Source of the DNA: the human T2T-CHM13v2.0 reference genome, Homo sapiens
DNA: 64,000 bases
Reading direction: 5' to 3' (one strand)
Assembly (NCBI RefSeq): GCF_009914755.1
Contig: NC_060927.1
Shown here: positions 57,017 to 64,000 of the stretch, piece by piece
Position numbering within the stretch: position 1 is the stretch's first letter
Layout: each line of letters begins with the position of its first letter
Translations under genes and position numbers: made by a program
The notes under the pieces: generated by a model
What the model was told of the DNA's origin: nothing
What the model saw: only the letters and a program-made list of their open reading frames with translations
Database searches by the model: none

Positions 57017-60000
57017 TTTCTCCCTCAGAGATTAGATACTCTTCATTAATTGTATGGGGGGCTTCAGAAGGGCAGAGATCCATCTTCTGTAACTGCTTTC
57101 TGTTGAGTTTATGGGGATATACCCTGCCTAGCACTGGGGGAGTCAAAATCTCTGAATACCTGATCAAAGGGACTCAGAGACAGGATGTTTTGATCCTCCT
57201 TGTCAACAGGCAGGATGGGTTGGAAGCCTTGTGCCAGCATTGTTTTTATGGGGAACTATTGTAACCTGGAAGACACAAACTTTACTAGGAGGTTAAACAA
57301 GCAAGTGCAAAGAATATTAGTATGACAAGGTAGCTATTAAATGTCCTCCGAGAGGTGAAAACCAGGTGCAGGAAGAAGATAAAAATTCAAGGTTCTATTC
57401 CCACCCAGAGCATCACGTTACCACTTCTGGCTGAGTGATGATTCTTTTAAATAAGTAGTGGAGGTCCTTCAAAGGCTCACAGATGTAGGTCATGGTGTCC
57501 TCCTTTTGTGCCTGCAACTCATACAAAACAGGTTTAATATTGGACAGGTGTATGCAACTAGTTAATCCCTGAAGTTTAACAGTAGTGGGGGTACTCAACA
57601 ACACCTGACAGGGGCCCTTCCATTTTGGTTGTAATTGATCTTCAGGGTATTCTTCTTTCCAACATTTTAGCAAGATTAAATCTCCTGGTTGAATAGAGGG
57701 TTACTTCTTTCCCTTGTGTGAGGGGGCAATATTTTGTTTCCATATGCATGGAGGGCCTTTTGAACCTGGTCTAAGTTGATAATATGGGTGAGCATTCTCT
57801 GTGTCTCTTCATCAAGCAGGAGGTCTGAAGTTAAATAGGGCCTCCCGTAAATCATCTCAAATGGACTAAGTTTTAGAGTTACCTTTGGGGCAATCCTTAT
57901 GCATAAAAGGGGTATGAGTAGGAGAGAAACCCAGGCTGCTGAAATCTCCTGACAGAGTTTTCCTAATGTCCTTTTGAAAACATCATTAGCTTTTTCTACC
58001 TTACCTGAGGATTGAGGTCTCCAGGAGAAGTGAAGCTGAAAGGTGATGACTTAGGCTGAAAAAACCTGCTGGGTCACTTTAGCTGTGAAGGAGGTCTGTT
58101 ATCACTCTGCTGACATTTAGGTAATCCAAACTTTGGGATGATCTCTTGAGTAAAAATTTGGACACTTGTAATGCCTTCTCTGACCTTGTGGGGAAAGCCT
58201 CAATCCACTCAGTGAAAGTATCTATAAATACTAGCAAATATTTTAGTCCCCTGTAAGGTGGCATCTGAGTAAAATCTATTTGCTAATCTTTCCCAAGGTA
58301 TGTCTCCTGATGTTGTACAGGTTAGAGTAGAAGTGGGGTATGGGGTGGCTTCCTGGATTATTATGGGCACAAAGTTCACATGCCCTGGTTATCCTCTTTA
58401 CAGTCTGGGATAGTCTTTTTCCTAAAAATATTTGAGAAACCAATTTGAATAGGAAGTCCCATCCCAAATGTGAGGAGTAATGGAAATACATAACTATATT
58501 CCATCACTCAGGCTTGGGAAGAAAACGTTTATTGCTTCCTCATAACCATCCCGAGGGATTCTTTTGTAAGGCTTTCTATTCTGCTCATTTAATTTCCTGA
58601 GGGGTATAGTATGGTACTGCTAATGTGGTTGGAGTGCCTGGCATTAGTACAGTGGCCTGTAATACTGGTGTTTCTTTAGCTGTGGCCTTATCTGCTCTGT
58701 CTGCCAGAGCATTTCCGTGGATATATTAGGCGTCTCACTTTTGATGTCCCTTGCAGTGAATAACTGCTACCTCCTTTGGGAGCTGGACAACATCTACAAT
58801 TTTCAAGATCTCAGAGTGATGTTTTATGGGGACTCCCTTAGTTGTTAGTAGTCCCCTTTCTCTCCATAGAGCAGCATGAGCATTGAGCATGAGGAACTCA
58901 TACTGAGAATCAGTATATATATTGACTCTTAAGTCTTTTACCAATTGGAGGGCCCTGATTAAAGCAATTAGTTCCACCTCTTGAGTGGAATGCTGAGAAG
59001 GCAAAGCTTTTGCCTTAATGATCACTTGCTGGCTAACTACTGCATACTCTGCCTTTCTTAGTCTCTTATTCACAAAGCTACTCCCATCTGTAAACACCTC
59101 CACATTTACAGGGGCTAGGCAGGGGATCATCTCTGGGGTCAGGCTTACTAGAGTAGTTCTGTTCTATGGTTTTCACACAGGAGTGAGTACGTTGAGAATC
59201 TGCTTCCTAGGACATAAACTCTGGTAACAGGTTAGCAGGGTTTAAAACTCAACATAATTTAAAAGTTACCTCTTGGGTGTCAAGGAGAAGGGCCTGATGT
59301 TTAAGGAAGTGACCTCCTGTTAGCCACTGGTGTCCTTTTAGTTCTAAGATTCCCTTTACTTCGTGGGTGGTCATGACATCGAATTGTTGTCCCAAAGTAA
59401 ACTTACTGGCTTCTTCTACCATTAGAGCAGTGGCTGCCATAGTTTGCAAGCCTCCTGGCCACCCAGCTGCCACTGGTCTAGCTGTTTAGAAAATTAAGCC
59501 ACTGATCTGGGGCTATGTTTTTCAGTCATTTAGAGGGTAAAAAGCTTTTTTTTTAAGGTAGGGAGTCGCAAAGCAGGGGCTGTTCCGAGCTTTTCTTTCA
59601 GGGTCAAGAATGCCTGTTGGTAGGCTCCATCCCAATTCAAAGGCTCATGATCACTCCCATTTAAAGCTTCATAGAGTGGCTTTGCTATAAGACCAAATCT
59701 AGGTATCCAGATCCAGCAGAATCCAGCCATTCCCCAAAATGCTCTTAACTGTCTCTTAGTCTGAGGGGGTTGGAGTGACAAGATGGTCTCTTTTCACTCT
59801 TGGGCAAAAGTACTTTTCCCAGGAGTGAGAATATATCCCAAATATTTAACCTTCTGCTCAGAGATCTGGGCCTTGTGTGAAGATACCCAATACCATTGCT
59901 TTCTGAGAAAATTAAGGAGCTGGATTGTTTCTGCCAGTCTTCCCCAGTAGGGCTAGAAACTAATAAGTCATCTATGTATTGCAAGAGGGACCCATTAGTT

Positions 60001-60365
60001 AACTGTAGTTCCCTTAACTTTTTGGCCAATGCATTTCCATAGAGATGGGGACTAACCCTAAAACCTTGAAGAAGGACTGTCCAGGTAAGCTGAGATGCAC
60101 CATAAGTGTCTGGATCAGTCCATTCAAAAGCAAAGATATACTAGGAGTTTGAGTGTAAAGGTTTAAAAGACAAAGCATCCTTTAAGTTTAACACTGTGAA
60201 TTAATGATTATCTTCTGAGACTTCGGTCAATATTGTATAAGGATTAGAAACTATAAAGTGAACTGGGACTGCTGCCTCACTAACTTCCCTTAGATCCTGA
60301 ACAAATCTGTATTCCCCATTTGTCTTATTTACAGGAAAAATGGAGATATTACATGGAGACTGAGT
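57017..60365 (-). pseudogene. pol: ERV1 (gamma-like) internal region: defective pol (RT, RNaseH, IN) plus short env TM remnant; 5' half missing
   Basis: RT LLQYIDDLLV; RNaseH FTDGSS...ELIAL...NIYTDS...HCKGHQ; [21 protein letters not shown] and LQPKWKGP. Confidence 0.92.
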
Positions 60366-61539
60366 TTTATAGATATCTCTAGTTACTATCCTGATTTCCT
60401 ATCCACGGACATTTACCTGTTGGAAAGAACTGCTCACAAAACTTTTAATTTCCACTCTATAAATCTCCATCTTTTTAAGTAAGAATATTAGAATTCATTT
60501 TCCTCTAGAATCTATTTTCCTTTTTTGGAAGTCTTGCTTATTCGTTAAAGAACATACTCAATGGGTGTCACCAAGAAAGTCCATGGTGGTCTTTGGCATT
60601 CCTAGACTCACAGTATAGTACAGAGTTGTGAGGTTGTTTAGATACCCTAAAACCTGAAGAGCATTCCAGAGCAGGCATAAACAAGCCAAGTCCATTCTTT
60701 TGGAAATAGTGAACTGCACACAATTTTGGTTTTTGTCTTGTCCAGCAGGAAATTGATTCTGTGTCTTATAAACATATACAAACTTACACATGTGCACACA
60801 AACCTTTAGGAGACATTTATTGGTATAGCACCTAACATGAAACATTTTCCTAAAAGCCTCCAAAATATGTAAGAACATCTGCCTCACAATAAAGTTGGCA
60901 TTACATATTATGATATAGAAGATTATTAGCATTGTGTTTTGCCCTCACTCCTGCCACCATTATCAAATTGCACACCCATGCCAGAATTAAGAAATAAACC
61001 TTTTATTGAACGAAATGCTACCTAGTGATTATGACTTTAGCTGTATAAATACCAAAATGAAGATTTCAAAATGCCACTTATAAGAGCTTAAGTTTTTAGA
61101 CAAGACATTCATTCTCCCCAGCTTCTGTGGGGGTGGTGGAGACAGGAATGTCTGGGGAGGAAAATGCATTTTCTTCAGATTGGGAAGGGTGAAGTATGTT
61201 CTTCAGTTATTTGCTTTTATTGTTGTTGTTGTCATGGCTACTATTTATTATAACATCAGTATAGCTTCCATTGGTCTTTATGAAAGGAATATTTACCATA
61301 AATTCTTAGGTAAGGGTTTATATTTAGGTGAATACTTTATCCTTATGTTTTTGCTCCTTTATTTTAGATCTTTCATAATTCAAGTTAATTTAAAAATATG
61401 TACATATATACCTAGAGATCTGTATATGGTCGTAACTGACTGGGATTCAAGAGGTTTACATTCTAATTACTTGGCTTGGTAGTCAAAGAAGCAAAAAAGA
61501 GATTATTATCATGCATTCAGAGAGCAAATATAGTTGACA

Positions 61540-61552
61540 AACACACACGAGA

Positions 61553-61591
<39 letters not shown>
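61540..61591. repeat. (CA)n(GA)n microsatellite
   Basis: Read directly. Confidence 0.9.
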
Positions 61592-61592
<1 letters not shown>

Positions 61593-62949
61593 ATTAAATG
61601 TGAAGATTTGATGGAAAACAAAGAAGCATTCATTCTTAATCAAGCCAAGATCTGGTGTCAGTTTTAAAGCGAATCGCTATCATCAAAGAAAATTTGTTCA
61701 CCAAAAGGCAAACCAATGAAAATCAAATGGATTAGATCAGATGAATGTCATCTTCATTTAGACACTTCAGGTAAGATTATTCAGCCTTTTCCATTTCAGG
61801 TACAATACTAAAATATTTTGGATTGATGAGCAACAGCTCTAAAATTAGATTCTGCTTCTAGAAACCTTGGCAACTAGGCATTCCTTCTTTTAAAAAAGTA
61901 AAGTTTTCTCCTACATAAAATGTGTATTTTTGCAATTTTTAAACAGTCATTCCTTTAAATTAAATGATTGTTTACCAGGAGAAAGTTAATTGAAAAACAT
62001 GTTTTTCTAACTAAATGGAAGCCTGCATCATGCAGGCAATAAACATTCTTGCTTGAAAGGAATTCTTGCTCCTTCTTTTAAGACTGCCATGGGAATAAAA
62101 TAGAAAAAGAAAAAAGAAAAAAAAAAGCCCCACAGAGTTGTGAACTTGTGTCTGGCTTAGGAGCCAAATGGGATTTTGAAGCCTACAAGTTTTCTATTCA
62201 CTTCTAAATTTAGCACTCACAAATTTCCCGTTTGGCAAATCATGTTCCTCAAACCAAATGTAAGCCATTTTTTAGGAATGTTAGTATCTGATTCCATTTG
62301 TTAACAACCGTGGCTAATCTGCTGCACTGGACATTTGGCAAAAGTTTATTTTATAGTTCCTGGATGCCCATACAGTGAAAGATGAAAGTGAAAGAAACCA
62401 GTTGGTCTGTAATACCAGTTCATGAAATGTGGAAGGGAGATCTTTTCAAACACAAACCATCTATGGGTCTAGACTCAGGAGCAGGTAGACTTTACGACAT
62501 AGGACTACCCCTAAATAGGACACTGTTTTCGGATTCTTTGCTTCTTTTCTTTTTGATGGGGACATGTAAATGGAATTACGCACAACTTCCTACGTGCTCT
62601 CACAGCATTTTTCTTGAACCCTTCTTACAATAAATTATCAAGCCCTGGCTTGTAAGATTCATTGGTTTTTATGTCTGGCTATCCACTTTTCGATGAACCC
62701 TTGGTTTTATTCATTCCTAAAATCCACACAAAGTCTAGCATAGGGTCTTTCCTATAGTATATGTTCTGATCATATTTGAAAAGGAATGAAAATGACTGCT
62801 TCCCTCTTCCTCTTATTTATCAATCACTTACAACCTCCAAAGATTTGGTGTTTATAGTAGAGAAAGTGGTTTACAAGTAATACCATTCACAAATTTATAT
62901 GCAGCGCAATCTTTGCACTTGGAGTGAAACATAACAGCAAGAAAGGTGA

Positions 62950-63145
62950 ACGAATTCACTTTTATTAACGTCTCCTTTGTGCCAGGCACTTTATCTCACT
63001 TAATCTTCCCCAAATCGTATAAATATATAATATCACCTCCATTGTTTTAAATAAAGGAAATAAATTTCAAAAATACAAAATCACTTGCCCTAAACATGCA
63101 ACTATTTTATGCTAGAGATAGGACTCAAACCCAGATTCCAAAGCA
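62950..63145 (-). mobile_element. MIR SINE
   Basis: tgtgccaggcact...ctcacttaatcttccc...cacttgccc...ggactcaaacccag. Confidence 0.65.
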
Positions 63146-63594
63146 TGCATTTTATTTGCTAAACATGCAATGGAAATAGAAAAAGACGTACATCATTGAC
63201 ATAAACAGAAGGCTCAAAATTAGTCTATTCTAAGAGAAAAACATACAGAAATAAATTTGTACTGGGTGAAATCTTCCCTTAATCCTTCCTGTATCAGTGG
63301 AACATGTTATTTTATTTGAATACAGAAATTGCATTAGGGTGGGGGTCAAATTTTGCACATTTAATTGCTTAAAGTTTAATTGAGTAAAATCTGCTATACT
63401 TCTTTTAATGAAGCAATTCTTTTTAACGTTTACTTTACACAATAACTACCTGATAATACCTGATTAAATAAGATGCATTAATTAAAAGAGGTATTTTTGA
63501 ACATGAAAAAAATAATCAGATTGGAGGTTTTTTAAAAAACCTTGCTGTATAAGGACACTCCCTAATAACTTCTTTTTTTTTTAATTGAATGACA

Positions 63595-64000
63595 TTTTAT
63601 TTTTTGTTGTTGTTATACTTTAAGTTCTAGGGTACATGTGTACAACATGCAGGTTTGTTACATATGTATACCTGTGCCATGTTGGTGTGCTGCACCCATT
63701 AACTCGTCATTTACATTAGGTATATCTCCTAATGCTTTCCCTGTCCCCTCCCCCCACCCCACAACAGGCCCTGGTGTGTGATGTTCTCCTTTCTGTGTCC
63801 AAGTGTTCTCATTGTTCAGTTCCCACCTATGAGTGAGAACATGCGGTGTTTGGTTTTTTGTTCTTGCAATAGTTTGCTGAGAGTGATGGTTTCCAGCTTC
63901 ATCCATGTCCCTACAAAGGACATGAACTCATCCTTTTTTATGGCTGCATAGTATTTTGTGGTGTATATGTGCCACATTTTCTTAATCTAGTCTATCATTG
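63595..64000 (-). mobile_element. L1PA5/6-like 3' end, continuing past the window edge
   Basis: atactttaagttctagggtacatgtg...gtcatttacattaggtatatctcctaatgc. Confidence 0.9.

Noticed and set aside
57017-60365. Functional or domesticated RT/integrase
   Set aside because: Split into many short frames by stops and frameshifts.

Overview
This is primate genomic DNA, very likely human: a young AluYa5 and an L1PA2-like element are present. It is AT-rich and dominated by interspersed repeats. I see no protein-coding gene, rRNA, tRNA or CRISPR array; nearly all ORFs in the track are Alu, L1, LTR or Tigger remnants, or chance ORFs. Contents: old L1M elements; several L1PA/L1MA fragments; about 10 Alus; four full-length MaLR proviruses (three THE1, one MSTA-like), all on the + strand; solo LTRs (LTR14B, MER11, MSTB, MLT1 types); the 3' halves of an ERVL and an ERV1 provirus (pol with RT, RNaseH and IN); and a near-complete Tigger2 DNA transposon. 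The most unusual structure is a TSD-bounded twin-primed L1PA2-like insertion (30582-31925). In it, almost the whole 5'UTR is inverted and fused to the last ~480 nt of L1. This aims the antisense promoter at a new chimeric ORF (antisense 5'UTR plus ORF2p C-terminus) followed by the L1 polyA signal, and removes most of the YY1 site. Subfamily names come from recalled consensus sequences, not from a RepeatMasker run. Nothing here demonstrates a new biological system; the findings are hypotheses.
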